The notes under the pieces are model-generated. The model was not told where the DNA came from, did not search any database, and saw only the letters and a program-made list of their open reading frames with translations. The position numbers and the translations under genes are program-made. Of a stretch of 64,000 bases of DNA, positions 41,882 through 55,003 are shown piece after piece. This DNA is from Thalia democratica (Eukaryota), in contig OZ241826.1 of the NCBI GenBank assembly GCA_965202585.1, positions 100,192,001 to 100,256,000 of the forward strand, in the 5' to 3' direction. Each line of letters begins with the position of its first letter. The stretch's first letter is position 1.

Positions 41882-44557
41882 TTTTTATTGTTGCACCTGT
41901 AGTAATAAAAAAAAAATTAAGTTAAACAAATAAATGAACTAGTAAATGTTCTTAAACTAATCGTATAGTAAAGACAACGTAATTTTAGTACGAAGAAGTA
42001 GAAATAATCAAGTTTTAACAAAAGTTATAACACCTTTAAACAGAATTTCAAACTACCAAATTCAGTTAACTTCTGTGTAAATGCTAGTACTTGACTAAGT
42101 TATTTTTAATCTATGAATGATGATCATTATTAAAAAAAGAATATTAAAGCTGTTAACGAACATAAAACAACTTTTAAACTTATAAACGTAGAATGATCGT
42201 TTAAAAAATAGTTTGTTTTTATGTTTTTTTACCGGTTTTTTAAAAACTACGCTAGACGACAGAATATAAACTACTAAGACTTTTTTAGTTGAATATTTAC
42301 TTCAGAAAATACGTTTTTCTTAAAAAGTTGTACTTTTTATCAAAAACTTGTTTAAAAAAATAGTGTTAGGAATTAATTTTTTTTGTTGAGTTTATAATAA
42401 AAACTTTTATAAATTCATTTTATTTAGTAGTTTTACGTCTAAATTTTTTATTTTGTTTCCATATCTAAAATGTATAAACATAATTAGTATTTCAAAACAT
42501 TTACTTTATATTTTTCAACAAAGCTTCTGGTACAAGTAAAACTTTGATCCTGTTTTCACCAAGTCCTTGTACATTAATTAGACCTAACTAGAGAAATCTA
42601 AAACAAATTAAAGTATTTCATTCACATTTAGCATATTTCAAAATTATTTTTATAAATATCTTTCAGCTCAATTACATAGCTTATAATGATTTGTCGAACA
42701 TTTTATGCTTACTACAATTAAAAGAATAATAGTAATTTAGTATGAAAAATTTAATAAAGTTTCAAGTTTAAAACACAATTATAAGTAGCTTAATTTATAG
42801 CTCGAAAAGTTGCAAATTAATAAAAAAATGCTAATATTCTGTTCTTTTATCAAATTGTGTTTTTTACATTTTGTCGATAATTAACTTCAAATTAAAAAAA
42901 AAACAGTTTTGTTTTATCCTTATAAATTGTAGTACAGTTGTCGTTAAATGCATAACTTCGCGTGGTCAATTTACTTTTACGATCAGTACAGACCGTCTTA
43001 AACCCTTATACTTTAAATAAGGCTTTGATAAAAAACGTTGAAAAAAAGAATACAGTATAAGTAAATTATGTTTATTATGAAAGCTAGACATTTATTTTAA
43101 ACTAACAGCTTATTATGCAGTGAAACTTTAAATAATTAAGCTTTAGGTTATTTAAGCATTTGATTGATTATAATAAAAAAAAATATCTGCTAAATGAAGT
43201 ATAAAAAGGCTAGTTAAACTTAAATTTAGCTAGTTTGATTATATACTAACTAATTCTAAGTCTTTATAAATTACATACAATACTTTTTTTTTGATAATTT
43301 TAGTCATTTAGTATTTTTTAAACCAAAATTTTAAGCTTTTTCTTACTTTAAGATTTTAAAACTTATCTAGTTTAATGTTTTACGCTAAAGGAAAACTTTA
43401 ATTAACTTGCTGAAATTAGGTTAAAAATAAAAGTAAATGCTTTGTTAAGTGTGACAATCTAGCTTTATACTTAATATCAGTAGTATCATTAAGTTAAATA
43501 GTTAGGTTATATAGATTTTTTAGCAGGTATGGTTTTGTCAGAATTAGATCATTTAGCTTGTGTTTTAGAAGTTTCGGTGAAAATCAGTAACATAAGTATC
43601 GAGATAAATTTACACATTTCAAGTTAAAAGGGCTAAATATATTGATTGGTAACTAAACATATTAAAATATTTCAAAAAAATGATTCAATACAGTGATTAT
43701 TTAGTACAACATTTGCAGTTTTAAGTTAAATATTTTAATAAAAAATTATTTCAATCAAACACTATTTAAGAGTTTGATTGAAATGGTTGATTGAAATAGT
43801 ATGTATTTTTGATATAAAAACTAAACTTTGCAATAGTTTTAGATAAATTTCAAAAATGTATAACACAATTAAAAAAATACATTTAATAAACTGTAAAGTG
43901 ACTGTTATTCTATTGCAGAGGCGACAAAATTAAAAAAAAAAGCTACTTTGTTAAATTTGGATTATAAAATATCTACTTTATTTGAACCTCTAAAAACAAT
44001 TTTACAAGTATTAAACTATAATTTACACTTGACCTAAAAGTAAATTCAAATATTAAATGTTATAATAACAATTATTAAGCTCGTGACAATTAAGATTGTT
44101 TAACTGTTTTAAAAATATATTTAAGCTCGTTGAAAATTCGAAACAGTATAGCAAGAAAAGTATCATTATCTAAACAACGCATAAAGAGACTAAACTCTAA
44201 GCCTGACAAAAATATTATCAAGTAGTAATAAATGTTAATACCCGGATAAAAATTTTAAATCAAGTTGAACATAAAGCAACAAAACTACAAAAAATAAAAC
44301 ATTATATCTTAACATAACAATTATATACCAAAACCTTAATACCAAAACAACGCATAAAAAACTGTACCCTGTGCCTGATGATAATATAGCATTAAATTTT
44401 AATTCTTTCAAAAAAACTAAAACCCAGTTGAACATAAAGCAACGAAACTACAATGTTTTACTTCTGAGATGCCGCACTTTAACTGATATTAAAAAAAAAG
44501 TCGGACTTTAGCTGCTGGGCTTTTTGCGAGTTTTTCAAGCGATCGTGAAAAACTCAC

Positions 44558-44680
44558 CGCTATTGTGAAACTGTCGTTTTCTCTAAAAAATTCTTTATCT
44601 CACTTAAATCGTTGCTTTTAACTCTATTTTTAACCGTCCGTGTTTAGCGCTGAACATTCGCAGGTTTAAAAACTTAACAT
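44558..44680 (-). other. Candidate non-coding first exon / promoter island of the 80-aa gene
   Basis: GC-richer island ending in the strong donor GCG|GTGAGT, which could join the acceptor at 41896. The 5' boundary is approximate. Confidence 0.4.
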
Positions 44681-46088
44681 TTTTTACGTGATGCTTCAGA
44701 ATAATTTTTCATAAAAAAAAGTGGTAACTAGTTTAATAAGGTTTATTAAAATTTAGTAAAAATTTGTCGTTAAAAATCGAATACAAATAGTTTTGCAAAA
44801 AAATACTAATCTCAATCATAATTTCCAATTATATTTAATTCTACTTAATTTATACTTTTTGAAAGGTATTCACGTTAATAATTTAAATACATAGAACTTA
44901 TTAGCAACAACTTCTAAAAAACTAATGCTGTTATAGTGCTTTTGACATCAATAAAAATACAACAGACAACTTTTATTATATAATACATGTTTTTGGCTGT
45001 AGTTTATAAGTATAATCTGTTTAAACTTATTATCATCTATTTCTCAAAACTTTAAACATACAAGAAAACTAACTCTTCGTTAAAACCAACGCAAAGGATT
45101 TTAAACATTTTTATAACAGTTTTTGAATGAATTTTAAAACTAAAGTATTTTGATTGATTAAAGTTTAGTTTAAAGCAGGTTAATTAAAATATCTTTATTT
45201 ACTTGTTTATCAATTTTTTTATGTTACTGAACGACAACAAAATTGCTCAAATATTTGGTCCAAGGACCTGGTGCTCGGAAAAACTTTCGGTTATCGAGAA
45301 CCTTTTGTATTCCTTTTAACGTCTTGTACAGGACATTTTAACTTATTTTTTTTACGAATTTTTTGATCGGACCAAATCAAACAAGTAGATACAGTATTAG
45401 ATTATGAAAGATTTTAAAATTTTGGAGCAATATCTTCGTTCAAACCTTAATTTAAAGTTATTCTGTTTTATTTTTCAAATTATAAACTATTTCCTTAGAC
45501 AAAACTCACGAGAAATATGTTAACACTGATTAATAAATATAGTACGCACAGCTTTGTAATATGAGTTACTAAAACTTTACGCTTTTTTCTTTTAATTAAA
45601 ATTGTTTTTTATGAAGTATTTTATCAATTTCAACTTTTGCAAATTGTACATGCTTACACAGTAATTAAATTTTAATTTTTATACCTTTCCTTTAATTATT
45701 GTTTTCTTAAAGTGATATTTGAAACAATTTCGTAATAACTCTAAATATGGATTTTATAGAACTCAATTAAATTTTATTATGATAGACTTTTGAAAACTTT
45801 AGTCAAAATAATTTTGTACTTCTAACTTTTTTTTAAACGATTTTTATTTAATAAGTAGTTTAATAGTATAACGCTAAAAATATTGAAGTATCTTATTTAA
45901 TTATAAGTATTCTTTAGTTACATTTTGGCTAATTTACTTATTGGAAATTGTAAAATGTAATAATCTTTTAATCTTTGAAGTAAGTAACGTTTTTAAGAAC
46001 ATTTTTTGACATTAGATAAAAGTACCACTGGGACAATCAAAGTTTAAGTTTATTTTATTTGAAAAACACAGCTTTTGGAGTAATCAAA

Positions 46089-47719
46089 TTATTCGTAGTC
46101 TGTTCTTTTCTTATCTTCTATTTCTTTCTGTTGCTGGTTATAGCGTTTCGCCAAGCGAACCCACATTGGATGGTACACGCATCGATCTCCTGTTAGAAAC
46201 AACATTTAAATAAAATTTTGTCGATACTGATTGTCTTTAATAAGAATAAAAAAATAACGCCTATAAAATTTTAATAAAACATAGTGGTTTTTAAACATTA
46301 TTTAAAACGTTTACCAGAATTAATCGATATCTTTAAAAACAAGTGTTAATGAAACTTTTGTTTACAATGTACATAAAAAAATAAATACTACAAATTGAAC
46401 TGTAAATTTGAACAAAAAAGCTTTAAAAATGCTTAAGAAACACAGTTAAAAGCAGTAAACTTAATTAAAAGTTGATTAGCGGCTGTTTAATAAACTTAAA
46501 TAATTACCTTTTTCAATAGCAAATATCTGACCATTTTTTTAAATATTTTGTTTAACAGCTAAAGCTAACGATGTAACTAATAAAAACATATTGAAATTGC
46601 TTTTTTAACTATGCTGGTTGTTTTCAATATTTTTTGTCCCAAAAACAAACACTTACCTTAATCACTGCCACGTCGAAGTAGTACCTCACCATCTTGGGTT
46701 TATACTTACTTATATAGAATAGTTATTCAAATTTAATTCTAACACTTACCTTCATCACTGGCCACGTCGAAGTAGTACCTGGCCATCTTGGGTTTATACT
46801 TATATATATAGAATAATTATTCAAGTCAAATTCTAACACTCACCTTCATCACTGGCCACGTCGAAGTAGTACCTGGCCATCTTGGGTTTATACTTACTTA
46901 TATAGAATAGTTATTCAAACTAAATTCTAACACTTACCTTCGTCACTGCCACGTCGAAGTAGTACCTCACCATCTTGGATTTATACTTACTTATATAGAA
47001 TAATAATTCAAAATAAATTCTAACACTTACCTTCATCACTGGCCACATCGAAGTAGTACCTCACCATCTTGCTCCTGTCCTCCCCGTCCTTGTCCTCCGG
47101 AGCGGTGATCCACATTATCTTCGACTCCCTGCACGCCTTCTCAGATTCGATAACATTTATATCGAATCCGATAAAGTGCCTGCTTTTTAAATTTATATTA
47201 CAGTGTTGAGTAAAATTAAGTTTATTCAAACAACAAGCTTTGAAAATTAAATTATTGTTTGCTTAATAATTGTCTTTTCTGTTAATATTACAGTTTTGAG
47301 TAAAATAAAAAAATATGAAAAACAACAAACATATTGATAAAAAAACATAAACAGAAATAAATAAAGTCCCCGCTTTATTAATATAAAGTATGTTCAAACA
47401 ACAACCATTAAAAACTAGATATATATATATAAACAATCCTAATTAAAAGTAAGAAACTTAGGCATTATTTAATTAAGAAAAAAACAAGTTCTTTAAATAA
47501 CAAAAGTTAGAAAACTTACCTGAACTCGTTATAGGAGTCAGGAAGGAAGTTGTAGAACTGGGAGTTTATCTGAAGACTCCCAGGAATACAAACTTCCCTC
47601 TTTGTAACATGTTCGGGGATGTCCCCTAGAGCGCTACCTATTCCTATAAATTTTACGGTGTAGACGAAATCCTCGCCACTCTTGAACGTTGTAATGCTGT
47701 TGGATGGCGATGAGAACAT
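46089..47719 (-). CDS. Spliced 149-aa protein of unknown function with an Axin-DIX-like RYYF..SDE motif
   Basis: join(47520-47719, 47031-47179, 46089-46189), 450 nt. Junctions are GT-AG with matching phases (2, 1), and two of the exons appear in the ORF track. Exon 2 is about 50% GC, and AATAAA follows the stop. Product: MFSSPSNSITTF...YNEFRHFIGFDINVIESEKACRESKIMWITAPEDKDGEDRSKMVRYYFDVASDEGDRCVYHPMWVRLAKRYNQQQKEIEDKKRTDYE*. Confidence 0.8.
46651..47075 (-). repeat. 93-94-bp minisatellite made of the 3' end of exon 2, its splice donor and adjacent intron
   Basis: Donor hexamers at 46651, 46744, 46838, 46932 and 47025. Each unit contains caagatgg(tg/cc)aggtactacttcgacgtgg(c)cagtga..aag|GT(A/G)AGT. 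Confidence 0.95.
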
Positions 47720-50700
47720 TTTAACGAATACTATTTTCTATAACTTTTTTTGTAAAAATTCAAATAAAGATCCAGAGTTGTCGTTTAAAATAGTACGCTA
47801 ATAGCTAAACTAAAAAAACGTTTAAACAAGTCCATAGCGAAAACCCAAACATTTTATTAAAACATTATTTATTATGGTATGAAAGGTTGTTAACAATTGA
47901 CTTTTTTATACATCTAGATTAACTTCTTTTTTATTTTATTTAAGAAGTTTATTTTTTGTTTTTAGTTGTTATAAAATAATGTTTACACTTCTTTAACAAA
48001 TAATTAAAATAAATAAACTCAAGTATGTTATTGTAGTGAAATAAAGTTAACTTTTAGTCAAACCGAAGTTTAGTTAGATCATTTTTTGTCGATTTATAAT
48101 TAATAATCAAGCTAATAATTTTAGCAAGTAATTTAAAAACTGATCTCATTAAAATTAATAACAACTTTTTGTTGTATAATTGCTTTGGACTTTTTATGTT
48201 AAATCAACTTAATAAATGTAGCTCAAAGCAGCTAAATCAAACTTAGCTTATGTTAACAATAGTATCGGTTTATTCGCTAACAGTAGTTTAAAAAAAGTTT
48301 TTATTTAAAATCTAGATTAATACAATATTAATAAAGCACTTGTGCAGCTTGAATAGTTTATTAAATTTAAATTAATCTAATTTTAAAATTAGCTAAATTT
48401 TCAACTTAAGTTTTATATACACCCTTATTAACAAAACTTGATTTTTCTATTGTTTGTAAGCGTTTGGTCTAATGTTAAACTTAATAGAAGCTTGCTTCAG
48501 TCGTATTGTATTAAATTTGACTATTTTTTTTTTAATAAAATTAAAGTGTTAAGTTTTAATTTGTTATAAAGCTATTTAAAAAAGAGCATGAACTTTATAA
48601 AGACTAAAACTTTTAATTATCGCAGTTAGATATAACTAACAACTTATTTTTTTTATATGTTGCCTATTTCATCATAATAATTCGCACTACTTTTATTTCT
48701 TATTTTAACTTTATGTTTAAACAAATGCTAAGGTTAAAAATGTATCATCTGATAACTGCTGCTTCTAATAATATACGTTATTATTCATATATGATATACT
48801 TTGTATAACATTAAAAAAATATTTCTAAACCATTACACTATTTCTTGTTTATCACCTACTAAATAAGCATAAATTAAAACTTGAAAATAATCTATTCCAG
48901 CCTAATACTAATCTGATTTTAGTAGAATATTTTCTTTGTGGGTCAGTTCTTATATAGTACTTTAACTAAGCTAAGTAAAACGTTATAGATATTTGTTTAC
49001 TGTTTAAAATTTGTTTTATTGTTTAAGCTGTTTTGTATACTGTGTCTAATTTGTTATATGTCTACATAGTTATTGTTTTTACGGAGATACTTGAAAAAAA
49101 TGTAACACAAATTAAGAAACAGTTCATTTTTGAAAGTAAAGAAAAAAAAAGTAGTATAAATAATTAGATAAAAGCTAAGACTAATAACTATTTTTTGTTC
49201 ACAACGCTTATTGTAAATAATAGATTACATTTAAAAACAAATTTAAAGTTTAAAGACAATATACTTGTGCTATTATTAAAATTTAGAAGTGTACAAAAAA
49301 TTTACCAAAAAAAGAATAAAAGTTTATAAAGCTCGGTATCTAAATTAAATCTACATAGTAAAAAAATTATAACTAATATACATTCTACATTTTTAAGTTA
49401 TATTAAAAACGTATATGTCATTATAGTTTTACATATACATAATTGTTTTTATCAGTTACCCTTTTTATTTAAAAGTTTACAGATACACACTTATTTTTAT
49501 TAAAACTCACTTAAAAGTATAAGAGCTAACACAAAAATCTTAAACAAATTCGAAAGTAATTTCATAAAAAATTTAAACTTAATATTCAATGCTTAATTTC
49601 ATTTTGGCGCTAATATTATTATTTAAATCAGCTCTTTACAAAACAATTAATTTTTAGTATTGACGAGTAAAAGTAAGTTCTTTTATTTAAATAATTTTAT
49701 TTTTCTATTAACGCAGTAGGTAATCTTGTTTTCTCTTAAAAATTGAAATAATCTGCATAAATACACGATAGTTTTCAAACATATTATACTTATAAAAAAA
49801 TATTAAAGTAAGTTTTTGGCGTTTAGTTTTACAATGTACTTATAATATAATGTAGCTTTTATTACATATCAAAAGCATGTTTGAAAATTCAATCGTTTGA
49901 TTGACAAACTACCAACTGCTGCATAATTTGCCGCGTAAAATTAACATACCAATTCTAGCTTTCTGTTTACTAATAAAAGAAAACAGTGTTTAGTTTGATT
50001 TTTGTACTAGACATTTCATATCGAACTCCTTAGTTTTTGTAAAATAAGTATGCAGGTTGTTACCAATGTTTCGTTATAATATTCAAAATGGATTTTTATA
50101 TCTATCAATTTACTTTTGTAACACGACTTTTAAGCAATAGCACTAATTAAAATTTCTTAGGGTAAAAAAGTTTTTATCAACCGACTGTTTCAACAAACAT
50201 TTGTTTAGAACAAAATAAGTATAAATAACATAACTACATAACTTAACTTATACGCTTAAACTATTAGCATTTATTAGCAGAATTAAAAAAACTTAACATT
50301 ATGTGTTTATTTTCTATCTGTTTTTTAATAATAAACTAAAAGCTTTCCGATAATAATTTAGTTTTTAGAAGGTAAAAAAAATTGAAATTTATTTTTTATA
50401 AACTTTTTTATACCACTTTTTACACTTAAAATGTTACCTTATACCTAAACCCGTTAGCGTCTGGTCAATTAAACTTACTATAAAGCGCGCTGTTTGTAAA
50501 TAGTTTTTATTCTTTACTTCGTGATTGATACTTTAAAAAAAATATATTTTGAATTTTGCTATCGATAAAAAATGAAATTCTCAATTTTAGCGATTATAAG
50601 TAAATATCTATCGTATATCTTTTAAGTTAAATCCAATGCTTCGTATTTTGCTTATTTTAATTAGACTTACACAAGACTTTAGTTTAAAACGAGCTTAATT

Positions 50701-51049
50701 GGTGTACAGTGCCGACTTTAGGTCGATTTCTTATAAATTAATCTGTTTAGTAAGTTTAGCTTATTATTTTGTTCACTCTACTTTATTACTTTTAACTTAA
50801 GTGTATAAAATACAGTTTTTAATTTTTTAAACGGTCAATGGTTTTTATGTTAGAAATTACACTTTTATTTTATGTTGGTAGACTAGGTTTTCGCTTAGAA
50901 ATGGTTTTATGTAGAGTTTATTTTGAATGCAATTGAGTAGGATAGTGTTTAGTCTAATAAAGTTTACCGATTTTTTCAATTCAAAGAATAAATGTTTATT
51001 GTTCACATATTTTTACAATATTATCTTAAACTAAAGCTGAAGCTAAACG

Positions 51050-54000
51050 TTTTATTAAAGTAGAAAGGAATAAAAAAACCTTTGAAAATTGAAACTATAG
51101 TAAACTATTAATTTTTTTTTATTCGAAAATGTTCTTAAAAAATGTTTACCTATATTTTTCATTTTGGCTAAAATTAGTAAGCAAATACAAATTTTTTTTT
51201 AAACGGAACTGTTAAGTTTAAGAGCTCTGAAGTTTATTCGAATCAATTTTTGGTAAGTTTTACTCATTTTAATACTAATTTACAATAGACATATGACTAA
51301 TTAAAAATAGGTAGCCATCTCTTATAATGTATTTATAAAAATATGAAATAAAAATTGTAAGTGCGATTACGATGAAAGAAAGCTTTTAAGATTTATGCAA
51401 GTAAAACGAAGGAGAAATGTATAACTTATTTTATAAATTTAATAAGTTTTTTAAACAACAACAAAGGCTTTTAACGTAACTACTACTCCTTGATTTCTTC
51501 GCCGTTTTTAATACTTTTAAGATACATTTCATTAGAATTTATTTTTAACAAAAAACATCAAAAAAACGTTTCAGTTAGTTTTTTTTTTATTTTTTGTAAA
51601 TTAGGTTTAATAACTTTTTTTTTAAGTATTAACTATTTTTGAAAAAGTTTTAATTTCATAAGATTTAAAATTTATTAAATTGTTAATGATGCAGCTACGA
51701 TTACCATAAATTAATGAAATTTTTAGGTCTGATAAAAAGTGAATAATTGAAATTTACATTGTTTTCGATAGCTGTATATTCATAGTAATATCACATGTAT
51801 ACAGTTTTTGTCAACTAGAAACATGTAAACAAAAAGTAAGATATTATAATTAGTCGAATTTTTATAGCCATTTAGATCTTTAGAACTTTTTTTAAATTTA
51901 GACTAGAATGAGTTGAAGTTTACATTAAAGTAGTACTAAATAGAAATTTTTAAGTTTAATTAATTCAGTCTAGCTAGTGCTAACCATAAACAGTTTCTTA
52001 GTTTCTAAGTTAATAAATAGTTCAAATTTAAAGTAGCTTTAAACAGTTAATATTTATATCGAATACTTATTTCTGTCTGAGAAAAAGCTTTTCAAAAGAA
52101 AAGAGTAGTTTGAATTTTAAGTTTGATTAATATTCAATTTTCTTATATCAAACTGCTCAAAGTTTCTTTTGTTTAGTTTACAAGTCAAGTTAATACGAAA
52201 GTAGAGGTAAAAGTTATAAAACTTAAAAAAAGCAATAACAAAGTTTTTTTTTTGCATACTCAACAACATTCTAAAACTTCAAAGCACAAAAATAGTTCTG
52301 AGTTATAGATATCGAACTTTTTTAACTATTAGCAGAGTTAAAACAACTTGTAGTACACCTCACGCGCCACAATAATCATTTGAACAAGTGTCTGATGTTA
52401 TGTCTGTTGCTGTGAAATAGTTCAAATATTTTTGTTAAGCGGAAGCTTGATGTGTCTGTGGCTGAAACTAAAAACAGTTTACTAGCATTCAGAGGACTTT
52501 ATCTTAATTAAAATTTAGTTTTCAAAGTTTAATGTTGATATGACTAAGACGGCAGTAGTTTTGCGTTTTGATAAAGTTTTCTAAATATCACGAATCACAC
52601 TGGTACGTAATACAGGTTTTAAACTAAAGTTGTAAGCGAGTATCTTAGACATATTTAAAACTTATTTTCTTTTTTAAAATTTTACTAAGTATTTAAGTAG
52701 GATTATAGTTATTATGCTGTTGTTCATTTAGACTTTTTTTTCGCGTTAACGACTAAAGCTGCGATGCTATTTAGTTTGGTTAAGTAGTTTTCTTAACTTA
52801 ACTTACTTTAAACTAAAGCTCGAGTAGAAGTTTTTAAATGCAAAATTTTTAACAAAACAATGATACTATTTAAACATTTGAAACTATTGTGCAATATTTT
52901 CTTTTGCAAAGCATGACTTTTAATTTATCTAGGTCTATAGTTGTCATTTTAGACTCTTTAAGTGACCGAACAAAACTTGTTTTCAAATTTGAATCAATTT
53001 TTTTTTTCAAATTTTGGCAAATAGTTAATCTATTATTTACGACGATTTAAGTATAGAAAACCATTTTGTTGAAGTTATGATAAAAAAACAATTTAAAAAA
53101 AATAAGTTTAATATGAAAGCTTTAAAATGTAAGAAGCAAGTAAAACGAGGGAGATTTTACCAAACATTTTTAAATTATTCAAAAACATTTAAGTACTTTT
53201 TAAAAATAAAGATGTTTTACTACATGACTGTTTGCTGATTTCTATGCGGTGGTTAATTTTTATAACAAGCATGTCAATAAGCTTTACACTTACAATTTAC
53301 ATTACTCAATTTGTTTTTGTTTGTTTTTGTTCATTAGATTTAATAAACGACTATGACGAAAACTCACTTTTATATTTTTTAAATGATTAATTTTACAAAA
53401 CTTTTAAACTTTATTTTATTGCTATATTGCAGCTACGGATACTCGAGAAAAAAATTAAAATGTTTAAATTTAGTATTTTTCTCATTAAGCATTTATAAAA
53501 ATATCCCGTGTTTGCTGTTTTTAGCTATTTAATCTTTTGGATTACACTAATAATTTTAAATAAACTTTTGTTTTTCTTGAACATTTTTTTCGACAATGTA
53601 CGAAACATCTAAAGAAAATAGTTAAACTTCAAAATACTTATGTCATTAATGTTTATTACTTGTAGTAAATTTTTAGTTTTTACGTTTAATTGACATTTTG
53701 AGATGCAAGTTTAATTGCCTTTATACTCATTATTTTAAAACAAGTTAATTAGATTTCTTAATTAGTCTAGTTTTTATTATCATTTGTATGTTTTGAAAAC
53801 TTAACTTTTGTTTTTAAGACTGACTCAAAGCCTACATTAAAGTAGAACTACATTCAGATTGTAAAATGAGATTCATTTAGTCTCGTACTTACTTATAAAT
53901 AGTACCTTAGTTTCTAAGTTCACCTTTTTTTCATATAGTTATCGATTTACAAGGAGTAAATATTGCTTTTTACTAAAATTAATTAAAAAAAGAAAAGTCT

Positions 54001-54750
54001 GTTATTAAGTCTAAAGGTTGAATAAAACTTAAAATTCTTATATCAAGTTGTTGAACTTTTTCTTTGGAATAATCAAATTAATAACAAGGAAGGCATAACA
54101 TTTATAAACTTTATAAGAAAAAAACAAAGCATTTCCATAGTTAATTGACTTAAGAGTAATTTTAAACTTCAAAGTACAAGCAGTTTTTTTATAAACATCA
54201 GACAGAAGTTTTTATATTACTAGCCAAGTGAAAACAGCTTAACATACCTTCAATGCAACAATTACTTGAATAATAATTAATTTTATGGTGTTATGTCTAG
54301 CGCTGAAAATGTTTAACACGTTTTCGTAAATAATATTAATTTTTCTTTAAACTTCAGACAGAACTTTTTCTGATGTAAACAGAGACAAAACAACTTAGAA
54401 TACCTCACACGAGCAACATTTAACAAAGATTGATTGTACCGTGTTATGTCTATTGCAGAGAAATTTCAAGTACTTTTGTCAAGTAAAGGCCAATGTGTCT
54501 GTGACTGCTAAAAACAGATTTATCTTGGTCATGATCAAGTTTTCTAAATTTCAATATTGACGTTGCTAAGACGCGGCAGTTTTCGTAGCTTCGCATTTAA
54601 AAGAATTTTATTTTGTCTACAATTAGAGCCAGTCTGTAACGCATTTCTAAACTAAAATTATCAGCGAGTACTTTGTAAAGCGGCTTAGAGATGTTCGAAA
54701 ATTTCTTCGTCTGCCGTTAACTCACGCTGATTGACAAGAAAAGTCTGAAA
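51050..54750 (+). repeat. Diverged tandem duplication (period about 1.8-2 kb) upstream of the secreted-peptide gene
   Basis: Collinear shared blocks: gcaagtaaaacga(a/g)ggaga near 51400 and 53140; gttatgtct.ttgc.g.gaaat..atgtgtctgtg.ctg near 52400 and 54440; agcgagta near 52635 and 54663. Confidence 0.7.
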
Positions 54751-54949
54751 ATTTTAATATGCAAATTAGGTGTTGCGCAAACGTTTTAAAGGTTGTTGAA
54801 AATAAAAACATTTATTACATCATTTCACAATTTTGCACACGTTAATATTTTTATTACCATATAAGTCGAAATTTAAAGCACACGTTGTCACAAGCATTGA
54901 GAGAGACACGTATTTTAGGCGGCAAGTAAAACAAGCAAAAAGCAAACTG

Positions 54950-54986
54950 TATATAAGGTGAAGAAAATAATCATTCAGCCTTTAGT
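54950..54986 (+). promoter_or_regulatory. TATA box and Inr-like element of the secreted-peptide gene
   Basis: TATATAAG at 54950-54957 and TTAGT at 54982-54986 (about 30 nt downstream). The ATG is at 55004. Confidence 0.55.
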
Positions 54987-55003
54987 GTTGACGACGGTTT
55001 GAG

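Noticed and set aside
46651-47075. CRISPR-like appearance of the regularly spaced repeats (also the 31 kb arrays)
   Set aside because: The 'spacers' are near-identical, the repeat is part of a eukaryotic exon, and there are no cas genes.
47120-47179. RHFIGFDI resembling a SAM-methyltransferase motif
   Set aside because: There is no convincing glycine-rich motif I or catalytic motif elsewhere in the 149 aa.
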